The position numbers and the translations under genes are program-made. A DNA stretch of 64,000 nucleotides from a virus. Taxonomy: Duplodnaviria; Heunggongvirae; Uroviricota; Caudoviricetes. The first letter of the stretch is position 1; each line of letters begins with the position of its first letter. The notes beneath the pieces were generated by a model. That model saw only the letters and a list, made by a program, of their open reading frames with translations. It made no database searches and had not been told where the DNA came from. Positions 38,078 to 47,742 of this stretch are shown here, piece after piece. Location: the IMG/VR virus record IMGVR_UViG_3300025011_000017; one strand, written 5' to 3'.

Positions 38078-39232
38078 TTACTCTATATATTGAAGAACTG
38101 GTCTAAATCCATATGCACCAGCAATATTTGATGAAACTGTAGCTCCAAAATCATAAGGTGTACTAAATCCTCTCATTATTCTTAATGAAGAAGCGTATAG
38201 GCTAATAATCGGTGTTTCTTGCATCCAAGATCGTATATTATTATTGCAATGCCACACGTTATTGTCACCTGCTATAATTTTTCCTTCAAGATCACCTTTG
38301 GCAATATAAGTATCCCATTCATTTGAACTAGGCCAAGCACCAAGACTAGAATTACTTATACTACTATTTCCACTCGCATCTAGATAAGAGTTGCCACCTG
38401 AAAGAGAGCGAATATATCCAATGTCTACTCCTTCAAACATATCAAATTCCGAAATTTGTAAGAGTTCTGAGTCTCCATTATTTGCGGTAATATTAATTCT
38501 ATAATATAAAAATGCTTGTATATTACTAATATAAAATAATTTAGATGTACTCGCAACCCAATTAGTTACAGTCTGTGAATCCAATACCGTCCAACTACTG
38601 CCATCATTTGATCCCTCAAATGTCCATGTCTTAGGGGCGCGAGATGGTATTGCAAATGGTGTTATTTTATAACTTTTAATCATTTTAGAGACTATAAATT
38701 TATAAGATAACCACCCCGTTGTAGTAGGAGATAATGTACTCCACATTGTACTAGTGGATTTATCAAATGCAAGATATGCAGGAAACGAAGTATGATATGA
38801 ACTAACTGCTACAGTTCCACTGGGAACAGTATTTGATGTCATTATAGGAATATCACTGGTTTTCATTATAATATTTGAGGATAATTTATTTCCTTCGATA
38901 TATTTAGCATTATTTAAAATATTCCAACTTATATTTGTTTGTATTACACGATCCCCAATAAGGAATCCTTTATCAGATTTGACGAAGTAAAATTTCCCAT
39001 CAGGTGTAGCCGTTCCAGTTACAGGTATTTCTGTTGTTGTACAAGTTCCTAATTCGCTAAAACTCCCTGCCACACCACTTATTGCAGTATATCTACAAGG
39101 AATAAAATCTCCAACTTTCATTTCTTCAAGAGATGAAACTAAACTTCCCTGAGATATTGCTGTTAAAGGAAGATCGTTAGTTATTACATAAGTATCTGCA
39201 GTTTTGTTCCAATCAATTGTTTTAAAAGCCAT
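38078..39232 (-). CDS. discoidin (F5/8 type C)-domain virion protein
   Basis: AFDKST...W...WLSYKF...PKTWTFEGSNDG..W...YYRINIT motifs inside a GDFIPCRY...FRPVL scaffold. Confidence 0.8.
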   Translation of the reverse strand: MAFKTIDWNKTADTYVITNDLPLTAISQGSLVSSLEEMKVGDFIPCRYTAISGVAGSFSELGTCTTTEIPVTGTATPDGKFYFVKSDKGFLIGDRVIQTNISWNILNNAKYIEGNKLSSNIIMKTSDIPIMTSNTVPSGTVAVSSYHTSFPAYLAFDKSTSTMWSTLSPTTTGWLSYKFIVSKMIKSYKITPFAIPSRAPKTWTFEGSNDGSSWTVLDSQTVTNWVASTSKLFYISNIQAFLYYRINITANNGDSELLQISEFDMFEGVDIGYIRSLSGGNSYLDASGNSSISNSSLGAWPSSNEWDTYIAKGDLEGKIIAGDNNVWHCNNNIRSWMQETPIISLYASSLRIMRGFSTPYDFGATVSSNIAGAYGFRPVLQYIE

Positions 39233-39273
39233 TTATTTCACCTCTTTCAAAGAATAAAATCCTATTTTTAATG

Positions 39274-41232
39274 TTAAAACGAAAGTCTAGAACCAATACG
39301 AGAATTAGTATCTGTAATAAGAGAGTCTATATAAATACTAAATATTCCTGAATTTGTTGCATCTGCCCAAAAACCACCATAGTTAGGAATGCTATTTGCA
39401 TATAAGTGAGCTTGATCATAAATTTTAGTAGTAGAGCTTCCAGAAGTTACTTTTGGTATAAAATTTAGATAATTATTATCCCAAATATCTGATATATAAC
39501 CAAATACATCTGTAAAATTTGATGGTGATATAAATATTGCTCCATAACCTGATCCAGTATTATTAAATCCAACATTACCTATTTTAATTGTAATAGGAGT
39601 AGAACCAGAAGTTCCGCTTGTTACTAATCCATCAATAAACTTATTAGTATTCCCATATAAATTCTCAATTCCCCTATAACTCATAGCATGTAATCCATCA
39701 GTACCTAAATTCGATTCATTTCCAGTTATATTTCCTAATGTTGAAGTTTTTCCAGTAATAATTGATGCAGTATTTGTTGATTTAGTGTAACCTAAACCAA
39801 TTTTGCTCTGAGAATCAAAGTGACCATATTCAACTAAATACAACATCTGTACTGCTGATAATAAATTAAAATCAGTTATGCCCCAACCATTTCCTCTACG
39901 TTGAGCGATAGTTCTGAAATTACTAATCGTCAATCCTGTATATGGTTTATAATCACTCACACTACACAGTTTCCACGTTTCAGTTATGCTAGCATTATTA
40001 TCACTTGTAGTATTTCCTGTTACATGACTACTCCCATTCCACAACACACCTTCATAAGCACTAAAATATCTATAATTAACTTCTTCCGCAACTCCATCCC
40101 CATCTCTATCTCTATAAAACGCAGGATGAACAACATATCCATCTTTTTCCACATCACTTATCGAAAAACTATGTCCTGTTGCAGTACCATTTTTCTTATA
40201 CCAAAACTTAGGTATTTCAACCATTACTTGTCCGTTAGTACCATCATCTTTATACGAAGCGTCTCCATAATAAGCATTAACAACTCCTGCATCTGAAAGA
40301 TTACATCTACGCATACCATACCAAGTTGTGGGTGTAATCGTAGATTGATCTAGAGGAAGATATCCAGTTGGGGGTTGTGATGCGAATGGAGTTAATCCAA
40401 AGTTAACTGTGGTTAAATTAGCAACCATGTCGCCACAACTATGATATGGATATACTATTCCAAGTGATGCTAAGTCAGTAAATGCAGAAATTCCATTATT
40501 TTGAACTTTGCCATTTCTATAAAATTTTATACTTTTCCCATCCATATCTAAAGCTATACCTACAATATCGTTCGAGACGAAAACATCACTATACATTATG
40601 CCACTTGGTTGTTTTGAACCAGTCCAACAATATATTACTCTTGTATTAGTCTCTGAACCATCTATTAAGGAAGCACTACTATTAGCAATTCCAATAATAA
40701 CTTTGGGAGATGTACTTAATCGAACTTCCCAATACCATTTTCCAGATGAAACTCCCTTAGTCGATCTAACTGCACTATTAGTATATCCAAGACTAGATAT
40801 CGTTAAGTTTCCATTACTCAACGTAACCGCACTACCCTTGTCAGTCGCACTCCAGGTAACAGGGGTCACATAATTTACCCCAATTACAGAATTAGCATTA
40901 GGCAACTTCAAAGTATCAAATGTCATAACTACTTTATCACTTTGACCCTCATCATTAACTGCATTAACTTTAAAAGCATGAGCCGCACTTGCTGTCAATC
41001 CAGTTATTACTTGACTTGTAGAATCAATTCCTGTCAAGTTGTAAATTATATTATCATCTTTATCATAAATCTTATATCCATTCGCGCTACTATTTCCTGT
41101 CCAAGAAATAGTTGCTGTTGTTTGCGTTATATTAGAAACCATTATATTTGTTGGTTCTAAAGGGATTGTTATACTTTGTAATTGGATATACGCATCTAAG
41201 GTTTTATCCCAACTAACTTGTATATAAGACAT
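39274..41232 (-). CDS. FN3 + SPRY + C-type-lectin-fold (Mtd/FGE-like) receptor-binding protein
   Basis: ENLYGN..K.IDG and GGFW...GSRLSF C-terminus. Confidence 0.7.
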   Translation of the reverse strand: MSYIQVSWDKTLDAYIQLQSITIPLEPTNIMVSNITQTTATISWTGNSSANGYKIYDKDDNIIYNLTGIDSTSQVITGLTASAAHAFKVNAVNDEGQSDKVVMTFDTLKLPNANSVIGVNYVTPVTWSATDKGSAVTLSNGNLTISSLGYTNSAVRSTKGVSSGKWYWEVRLSTSPKVIIGIANSSASLIDGSETNTRVIYCWTGSKQPSGIMYSDVFVSNDIVGIALDMDGKSIKFYRNGKVQNNGISAFTDLASLGIVYPYHSCGDMVANLTTVNFGLTPFASQPPTGYLPLDQSTITPTTWYGMRRCNLSDAGVVNAYYGDASYKDDGTNGQVMVEIPKFWYKKNGTATGHSFSISDVEKDGYVVHPAFYRDRDGDGVAEEVNYRYFSAYEGVLWNGSSHVTGNTTSDNNASITETWKLCSVSDYKPYTGLTISNFRTIAQRRGNGWGITDFNLLSAVQMLYLVEYGHFDSQSKIGLGYTKSTNTASIITGKTSTLGNITGNESNLGTDGLHAMSYRGIENLYGNTNKFIDGLVTSGTSGSTPITIKIGNVGFNNTGSGYGAIFISPSNFTDVFGYISDIWDNNYLNFIPKVTSGSSTTKIYDQAHLYANSIPNYGGFWADATNSGIFSIYIDSLITDTNSRIGSRLSF

Positions 41233-41269
41233 TTATTGCCACCTCCGTTAATATATGTATTTATTGAGT

Positions 41270-41308
41270 AAATAGCAAAAGCTACCCACTCAACATAGGT
41301 AGCTATTT
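41270..41308 (-). terminator. terminator-like hairpin
   Basis: AGCTACC/GGTAGCT stem with a short T run on the - strand. Confidence 0.45.
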
Positions 41309-41434
41309 GATCTAAATAGGATTATTTGACCAAATTTTAGTGTTTTAATGAGAAATAAAATTCTAGTTTATAGTTGTTCCAGATATAGAGTTAATTATAC
41401 AATGGATTTTTTTGCTTAATAGTCGTAGATATAT

Positions 41435-42484
41435 TTAAAAAGATAGACGAGAAGAGATAAGTGCGTTACTATAATTAGACGTAGAAGTATCTAGGAAAAA
41501 TGAACCACTTTTCGTATTACTAGCATAAAAGCCCCCAAACATAAAAATACCACCTGCATACATAGAAGCCCAATCATACATTTTTGTAGTTGAACTTCCA
41601 GTGAATGTTTTTCCTATAAACCCAAATTCACTCTGATCCCAAATATCAGAACAATATCCACTTACGTTTGCAAAAGTTACAGAATAAAAGCTATACCCTA
41701 TACCAGCGTCATTAAATCCAATATTTCCTATTTTGAATGTATTTGCTTCCGTTACTAATCCGTCAATCCATTTAAATAAATTACCGTATAGATTTTCCAT
41801 ACCTCTATATGACATTGCGTGTAATCCATCTGTACCTAAATTCGATTCATTTCCAGTTATATTTCCTAAAGTAGAAGTTTTTCCTGTGATAATAGATGCT
41901 GTATTTCCGGTTGCAGTAAATCCTTTACCAATCTTTGTCTGACTGTCAAAATGTCCATATTCAACTAAGTACAACATTTGTACAGCACTAAGCAGATTAA
42001 AATCTAATATACCCCAACCATTTCCTCTTCTTTGAGCAATAGTACGAAAATTTCCAATGGTCAATCCTGCATACGGCTTATATCCACTAACACTACATAA
42101 TTTCCAACTTGAAGTAACACTAGCATTATTGTCTGCTGTTGTATTTCCAGTTATATAATTCGTTCCATCATGTAAAATACCTTCGTAAGCTGAAAAATAC
42201 CGAAACTCCACTGGCTCAGCTACTCCATCTCCATTCCTGTCTCTAAAAAAAGCAGGATGAACAGTAAAACCATCTTCAGGTTGATCAGAAATTCCGAAAG
42301 TATATCCTGTTTCCGTTGGTACTTTTTGATAATAAAACTTTGGTATTTCTACCATTACTTGTCCGTTTGAGCCATCATCTTTAAAAGTTGAATCTCCAAA
42401 ATACGCATTTACAGTTCCGTTATCCGAAAGATTACAACGTCTCATATTTGCCCATGGTGATAAGTTTGTAAAATCTATTGGCAT
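41435..42484 (-). CDS. C-type-lectin-fold (Mtd/FGE-like) receptor-binding protein, paralog of 39274-41232
   Basis: Closely similar MRRCNLSD...SRLSF domain. Confidence 0.7.
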   Translation of the reverse strand: MPIDFTNLSPWANMRRCNLSDNGTVNAYFGDSTFKDDGSNGQVMVEIPKFYYQKVPTETGYTFGISDQPEDGFTVHPAFFRDRNGDGVAEPVEFRYFSAYEGILHDGTNYITGNTTADNNASVTSSWKLCSVSGYKPYAGLTIGNFRTIAQRRGNGWGILDFNLLSAVQMLYLVEYGHFDSQTKIGKGFTATGNTASIITGKTSTLGNITGNESNLGTDGLHAMSYRGMENLYGNLFKWIDGLVTEANTFKIGNIGFNDAGIGYSFYSVTFANVSGYCSDIWDQSEFGFIGKTFTGSSTTKMYDWASMYAGGIFMFGGFYASNTKSGSFFLDTSTSNYSNALISSRLSF

Positions 42485-42561
42485 TTATAAATCACATCCT
42501 TTATTAAAATTATAATGAATCACAAATTAAATAAACCTGTGACTCACTAAATTCTAATAAC

Positions 42562-43350
42562 TTATCGTGGCAATTCTCGGTAAGCAACTTCGAAATAAAT
42601 ATCTGTTTTATACTGAGTAGGAATTCTACCTACATAATTCGGATCACTTGTAGGAACACCTTTATTCAATTGTGGTACAGCTTTTGCATAAATCGTTTGA
42701 TATAAACTAGGATCTGGACTAGCAATTGCATTACTAATTTCATTATTAATGTCATTAATTACAACGCTATTTCCTCCAACACTAGGGAAAGATCCTACAT
42801 TTAATGTTAAATAAATATGTTTAACACTAGAAGTAACAGCACTTCCACCAACTAAATCTAAAATACTACCTGTTGAACTTGAACCTTTATAATTACGTAC
42901 AACATTTACATAAGAACCTGTTGCATCTCCACCAATATTTTGTACCAAAACATCTTCATTATTAACTCCTGCTGTTACAGTTAATACTGTTCCAACATTA
43001 ATCGACAATAATCCTGTTCCACTTGGAACTGTTTTAGAAACCTCTGAAAGATACAATTTATTATTTGTACTTGCAGGAGTTCCTAATTTAATTGTTGTGG
43101 TAAAAGGTTTAGGTGTAATTGTAATTGAAGGATTTCCTGTATATTTTAAAGACATTACTGTTCCATCTGCTGAATCGAAAATAGGATCTCTTCTTCGTCC
43201 ATCGTTAAATATATAAAATGTTGTTGGAGCAACTAAAGTAATATCATCTATACTTCCATCTTGCTCAATTGTTAAAGGATTACTTGCAGAAATAATGTTT
43301 GAATATACATTATTTACAACTGTAAAGTTTTTAACTAATACTAATGCCAT
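42562..43350 (-). CDS. hypothetical virion-associated protein
   Basis: Start moved from 43392 to the MALVLV codon, which has an AAGGGGGA SD; paralogous to 43367-44008. Confidence 0.6.
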   Translation of the reverse strand: MALVLVKNFTVVNNVYSNIISASNPLTIEQDGSIDDITLVAPTTFYIFNDGRRRDPIFDSADGTVMSLKYTGNPSITITPKPFTTTIKLGTPASTNNKLYLSEVSKTVPSGTGLLSINVGTVLTVTAGVNNEDVLVQNIGGDATGSYVNVVRNYKGSSSTGSILDLVGGSAVTSSVKHIYLTLNVGSFPSVGGNSVVINDINNEISNAIASPDPSLYQTIYAKAVPQLNKGVPTSDPNYVGRIPTQYKTDIYFEVAYRELPR

Positions 43351-43366
43351 AATTAATTCCCCCTTA

Positions 43367-44008
43367 TTAAAATAAAATACGTGGGTACTCATCAGCGAGT
43401 ATTCTAAAATAAGTATCTTTCTTTATTTGAGTTTTTAACGCTCCAGTAGAAATTTTTATATATAATTTAACTGGTTTCCAACTTTCTATTATGTCTGGTA
43501 ATGAAATTGGTGCGTTAATAAAGTCATCGTCATTTCCTGTTAAACTTAGAAATATATGATCTGGTATAGCGTCTACAAAAGTGCCATTTGGTATTGTTAA
43601 TCTAGTAGTAGAATTTTTAGCTCTGTCTACAACTAAATTATTTCCAGAAATATTTCTTATCCAAATTTCTTCTTGAAGCGTATTAATTGGATCAGTAATA
43701 AGTTTAGTTCCTTGATTTAACATCGAACCATCTTCAACACTAAACTGCGTACTTTCTGCGGAAATAGGTTGACCTGTGATAGTTGTAATTCTTGTGCGAA
43801 CCCCTTTAGGGATAAAGGATATGTTGCGATATTCAAGAAGTAAACTTAAATCTTCACTTGAACCATCATCGAATATATATACTATAATATTATCTGAAGT
43901 ACCTGCTGAACTATGATTTGTAATAACAGGTATATCACTATCTCCCACAATTCCTACCCAAAATTCTGTTAAATTTAAATCACTAGAAGTAGATACCCTT
44001 ATCGTCAT
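43367..44008 (-). CDS. hypothetical virion-associated protein
   Basis: GAGGTG SD; paralogous to 42562-43350. Confidence 0.6.
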   Translation of the reverse strand: MTIRVSTSSDLNLTEFWVGIVGDSDIPVITNHSSAGTSDNIIVYIFDDGSSEDLSLLLEYRNISFIPKGVRTRITTITGQPISAESTQFSVEDGSMLNQGTKLITDPINTLQEEIWIRNISGNNLVVDRAKNSTTRLTIPNGTFVDAIPDHIFLSLTGNDDDFINAPISLPDIIESWKPVKLYIKISTGALKTQIKKDTYFRILADEYPRILF

Positions 44009-44012
44009 CTTA

Positions 44013-44597
44013 TCACCTCATTATTTTATACGATTCATATTTTTCAATTGATTCTCCTATATCAAACCACTTATCTTTATAAATATATTTGTCTGATCTA
44101 ATTTTACTCAGAACATCATCTTCTAAAGAACAAATACCTTCTGGAATAACATCTATTAACTTGATATTTACTGCACAAACACCAATTGAAACAAAATTGT
44201 TATCATAAGAAATAGTTATTAATTCTTTTGTTCTATTATGTTCTTTAAGCAAATGATTTAAATTAACGTCTGCTATAGTGTCACCATTCATTAAAATAAA
44301 AGTATCATCTTTTAACAAATCTTTGCATAACCTAATTGCTCCACCAGTTCCTAAATTTAAATCATACGAATAACTTATATTGACACCAAATTCTTCACCA
44401 TTGCCAAAATACTTCATAATAACTAGGCTCAAATTTCCAACAGCCAAGATAATTTCAGTAATTCCATTTTTCTTTAGATATTCAATTTGATGCACCAAAA
44501 CTGGTTTTCCACCTATTGGTAACATTCCTTTAGGAGTATTTTTAGCAATATCTCCAAGTCTAGTCGCTTTTCCGCCACATAAAATTACACATTGCAT
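44013..44597 (-). CDS. hddC: D-glycero-alpha-D-manno-heptose 1-phosphate guanylyltransferase
   Basis: LCGGKATRL...PKGML nucleotidyltransferase motifs, NGDT, WFDIG; adjacent to gmhA, gmhB and hddA. Confidence 0.8.
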   Translation of the reverse strand: MQCVILCGGKATRLGDIAKNTPKGMLPIGGKPVLVHQIEYLKKNGITEIILAVGNLSLVIMKYFGNGEEFGVNISYSYDLNLGTGGAIRLCKDLLKDDTFILMNGDTIADVNLNHLLKEHNRTKELITISYDNNFVSIGVCAVNIKLIDVIPEGICSLEDDVLSKIRSDKYIYKDKWFDIGESIEKYESYKIMR

Positions 44598-45085
44598 AAA
44601 ATTTTTTCAACTGCTTTCAGCAAATTAGGAAATACATAATCTGCATTATTAATCTCATTTCCTATTTTAATAGTTTTTACTCCTGCATTTTTACCGCACA
44701 AAATATCAGAATCTTTATCACCAATCATCCAACTTTTAGACAAATCTATATTATAATGTTCACTAGCTTTAATAATCATATAAGGATTTGGTTTTCTGCA
44801 TTGACAATTATCTTCAGGAGTATGTGGGCAATAAAATACATTTTTTAATTTATTACCTAATAAATTATTTAATTTACAATTTATTTTAAATAAGTCATAA
44901 TGAGTAAAATAACCTCTTGAAATTCCTGATTGATTAGTAATAATTATTGGAATAAATTCATTATCAACAATTATTTGAAGTGCTTCTTTAACACCTTCGA
45001 TTAAAACAATGTCTTTATGTTTAGATATATAACCGTAATCATGATTTAATACTCCATCTCTATCAAGAAAAAATGCTTTATTCAT
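44585..45085 (-). CDS. gmhB: D,D-heptose 1,7-bisphosphate phosphatase
   Basis: HAD DRDG, TNQSG, Zn site CPH...CQCRKP, GDKDSD. Confidence 0.92.
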   Translation of the reverse strand: MNKAFFLDRDGVLNHDYGYISKHKDIVLIEGVKEALQIIVDNEFIPIIITNQSGISRGYFTHYDLFKINCKLNNLLGNKLKNVFYCPHTPEDNCQCRKPNPYMIIKASEHYNIDLSKSWMIGDKDSDILCGKNAGVKTIKIGNEINNADYVFPNLLKAVEKILCNV

Positions 45086-45633
45086 TAAAATAATTCATCT
45101 TCTATTATTTCGCATATCATATGAATTGCTAAAAGATATGCTTCTTGTATTCTAGCTGTATCTATAGATGGCATAGTTAAAGAATTTTCGTATTTATTAT
45201 CAACTAAACCAGTAATTAAAATAGGTATAGCTTCTAATTCTTCCGCTTTATCTAATGCATTTAATATATTTATTGATTTACCACTAGTAGTTATACCAAT
45301 AACTATATCTCCTTTATTAGCATAAGCTATTACCTGCCTAGAGTATATTTCATCATAATTATAATCATTTCCAATTGCAGTAATAACTGCATTATTACTT
45401 GATAATGCTATTGCGTTTAATCCTTTTCGATCAAACTTAAATTTATTTACTAATTCTGCAACAAAATGTTCAGCATCAACTGCGCTTCCACCATTTCCGC
45501 ATATTAATACTTTATTTCCGTTTCTATAAGCAGTTATAATTATATTTGCAACTTTATCAATTTTATCTAATTTAAAAATTAAATTTGATACAGTTCTAAC
45601 ATTTTCTCTTAAAACTTCTGTTAAATTGACCAC
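45085..45633 (-). CDS. gmhA: sedoheptulose 7-phosphate isomerase
   Basis: CGNGGS..DAEHFVAE, GNDY, TTSGKS, RIQE....IH; Zn-ligand H/E/Q/H positions retained. Confidence 0.92.
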   Translation of the reverse strand: MVNLTEVLRENVRTVSNLIFKLDKIDKVANIIITAYRNGNKVLICGNGGSAVDAEHFVAELVNKFKFDRKGLNAIALSSNNAVITAIGNDYNYDEIYSRQVIAYANKGDIVIGITTSGKSINILNALDKAEELEAIPILITGLVDNKYENSLTMPSIDTARIQEAYLLAIHMICEIIEDELF

Positions 45634-46613
45634 GATTGAACACCTCTATTTTCAAAATGAAAGTCTAAAATAGTTCCTCCTATTTCAGTTAAAGCATTTT
45701 TTAATAAATCTTTATCATTTGGACAATAAAAAAGAAGGTATCCTCCTCCTCCTGCTCCACAATTTCGTACTCCAGAAGCACCATTATTTAGACCAACTTT
45801 ACAAAGTTTATCTATTCGAAGAGTTGTAATACCACTTGTTAATTTCTTTTTAATATTCCATGTTTCTCCAAACAATTCAGAAAACCTAATTAAATTATTA
45901 TTAGAAATTTCTATTCTCATTTTATAAACTAATTCTTTGATTTCATGTAAATATTCAAAATTATTTTTATAAGAATTGATTTGTTTTTCTATAATATCTT
46001 CTCCTACTCTAGTTATACCTGTATAGCATAAGACAAGATTATTTTCTAACTCATTTATAAAATTATCTTTTATTCTCAATGGATTAACAACAATATTTTC
46101 TTTTTCAAATGTAATATAATTAAATCCTCCAAAAGAAGTTGCAAATTGATCTTGGTATCCGCCTTTTATACCTAGTATTTTACGTTCGATATAGTATGCA
46201 AGATGTGCAATATTATCTTTGCTATAATTATTAATACCTAAATACTTACAAAATAATTCTATTAAACAAACACTTAAAGAAGATGATAATCCCAATCCAC
46301 TTCCTACAGGAACATCACTTTCGATATATAAGTCGAATCCTTCTGTGAACTCTTTAAGCATATTCATATATATCATTACAGATTTAACTATTTTTAACTC
46401 TCCGTCAACTACATAAGTAAATTTTTCTGTAACTCCTAAATCTTTAGAATAGATAGTTATTTCCTTATCTTCTCTAGGTTTAAGTGTAGCGTAAACATAT
46501 TTATTAATTGTCGTACTAATTACGCATCCACCAAACTCACTAACATATGGTTCAATATCTGTTCCACCACCAGAAAATGATATTCTTAATGGTGCTTTTG
46601 ATCTATATATCAT
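45621..46613 (-). CDS. hddA: D-glycero-alpha-D-manno-heptose 7-phosphate kinase (GHMP family)
   Basis: APLRISFSGGGTD, PVGSGLGLSS, GGYQDQ and CGAGGGG motifs. Confidence 0.9.
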   Translation of the reverse strand: MIYRSKAPLRISFSGGGTDIEPYVSEFGGCVISTTINKYVYATLKPREDKEITIYSKDLGVTEKFTYVVDGELKIVKSVMIYMNMLKEFTEGFDLYIESDVPVGSGLGLSSSLSVCLIELFCKYLGINNYSKDNIAHLAYYIERKILGIKGGYQDQFATSFGGFNYITFEKENIVVNPLRIKDNFINELENNLVLCYTGITRVGEDIIEKQINSYKNNFEYLHEIKELVYKMRIEISNNNLIRFSELFGETWNIKKKLTSGITTLRIDKLCKVGLNNGASGVRNCGAGGGGYLLFYCPNDKDLLKNALTEIGGTILDFHFENRGVQSWSI

Positions 46614-46633
46614 TTAAAACACTCCTTATATCC

Positions 46634-47725
46634 TTAAATTCCTAAAACATCTTTTAAATTCTGTGCTATCTGTAAGTAATCAAATTTTAAACTATCTTGT
46701 TTGGCTTGTTTCGCTTTACTTTTAGCTTCTTCTCTGTTATTATATACGTGTCGAAGTAAATACTGGAGATGATCTATAGAAGGTTCAGCCCATTCCATAT
46801 ACGACTGAAAGTCTCCAGAATACCACTGACTCTCTACTGGTCTTAACTGATATTCTAATAAATAACTGTTTTCATTTGTTATAAATTCTGTTTGACCAGA
46901 CCAATTAGTTGCTATAACTGGCAATTCATTTGCCATTGCTTCTAGAACTACACGATTATACCCTTCACATCTTGAAGGCGAAATAAACGCATCTGCGTTA
47001 GAAAACAAATCTGCTATTTTTTCGTATGGTAATGAGGTTGTATTTACATATACTGGATATGTTCTTTTATATTTATTTTTAACAGATACAATATAAGTTA
47101 ATATAGCTGAAGAAGGTAGTATTTCGTAGTTCAATGAAGATGTTTTTATGGTTAAAGAAACGTCATCATTATTATCAAATTCTCTGAAGAAAGCTTCTAA
47201 TAATATATCATAAGATTTTCTAGGCAACCACTGAAATAAAGAAAAGAAATTAAACGTATTACTATCTTTTAATACTTTAGGTTTTATGAGAGAGAAATCT
47301 ATTCCTTCTCTAACAATAACCACTGGTTTATTTATGTCATTTTCTAATATATCTCTATTAAAGTGACTTGGCACAATAATTGTATTAATATCTGCACTAT
47401 TATTGATTAAATTTAACCATTGTTCAGGGTAAGAACTCGTTTCCCAAACAGTAGACGCAAAAGTCTTTTTAGCACCATGCCAAGGTTTAAATTCTGGAAG
47501 GATAGTTCTATTAAGATAAATGAAATCATCTTCAAGAGGTGTATCTATAGCTTTTTTTAGCATTTCTCTTGTGTCAGCATTTTCAATGGTATATAAGTAT
47601 TCTATAGGTTGGTCAACTATCTTTAGGTTTACGCCAAGTTCTAAAAGTCCTTTAATATATAATAGATTCGTATTTACATATCCACTACAACCATATATAC
47701 CACATCTTAAAGCCAATTGAGTCAT
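46634..47725 (-). CDS. glycosyltransferase, GT-B/GT4-like
   Basis: PRKSYDILL and EGYNRVVLEAMANELPVI (EX7E) motifs. Confidence 0.9.
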   Translation of the reverse strand: MTQLALRCGIYGCSGYVNTNLLYIKGLLELGVNLKIVDQPIEYLYTIENADTREMLKKAIDTPLEDDFIYLNRTILPEFKPWHGAKKTFASTVWETSSYPEQWLNLINNSADINTIIVPSHFNRDILENDINKPVVIVREGIDFSLIKPKVLKDSNTFNFFSLFQWLPRKSYDILLEAFFREFDNNDDVSLTIKTSSLNYEILPSSAILTYIVSVKNKYKRTYPVYVNTTSLPYEKIADLFSNADAFISPSRCEGYNRVVLEAMANELPVIATNWSGQTEFITNENSYLLEYQLRPVESQWYSGDFQSYMEWAEPSIDHLQYLLRHVYNNREEAKSKAKQAKQDSLKFDYLQIAQNLKDVLGI

Positions 47726-47742
47726 ATTTCACCTTCTATCCC

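Noticed and set aside
39274-42484. A complete DGR using one lectin gene as template for the other
   Set aside because: The 3' ends differ at non-adenine and synonymous positions and no reverse transcriptase is in the window; kept only as an open possibility.
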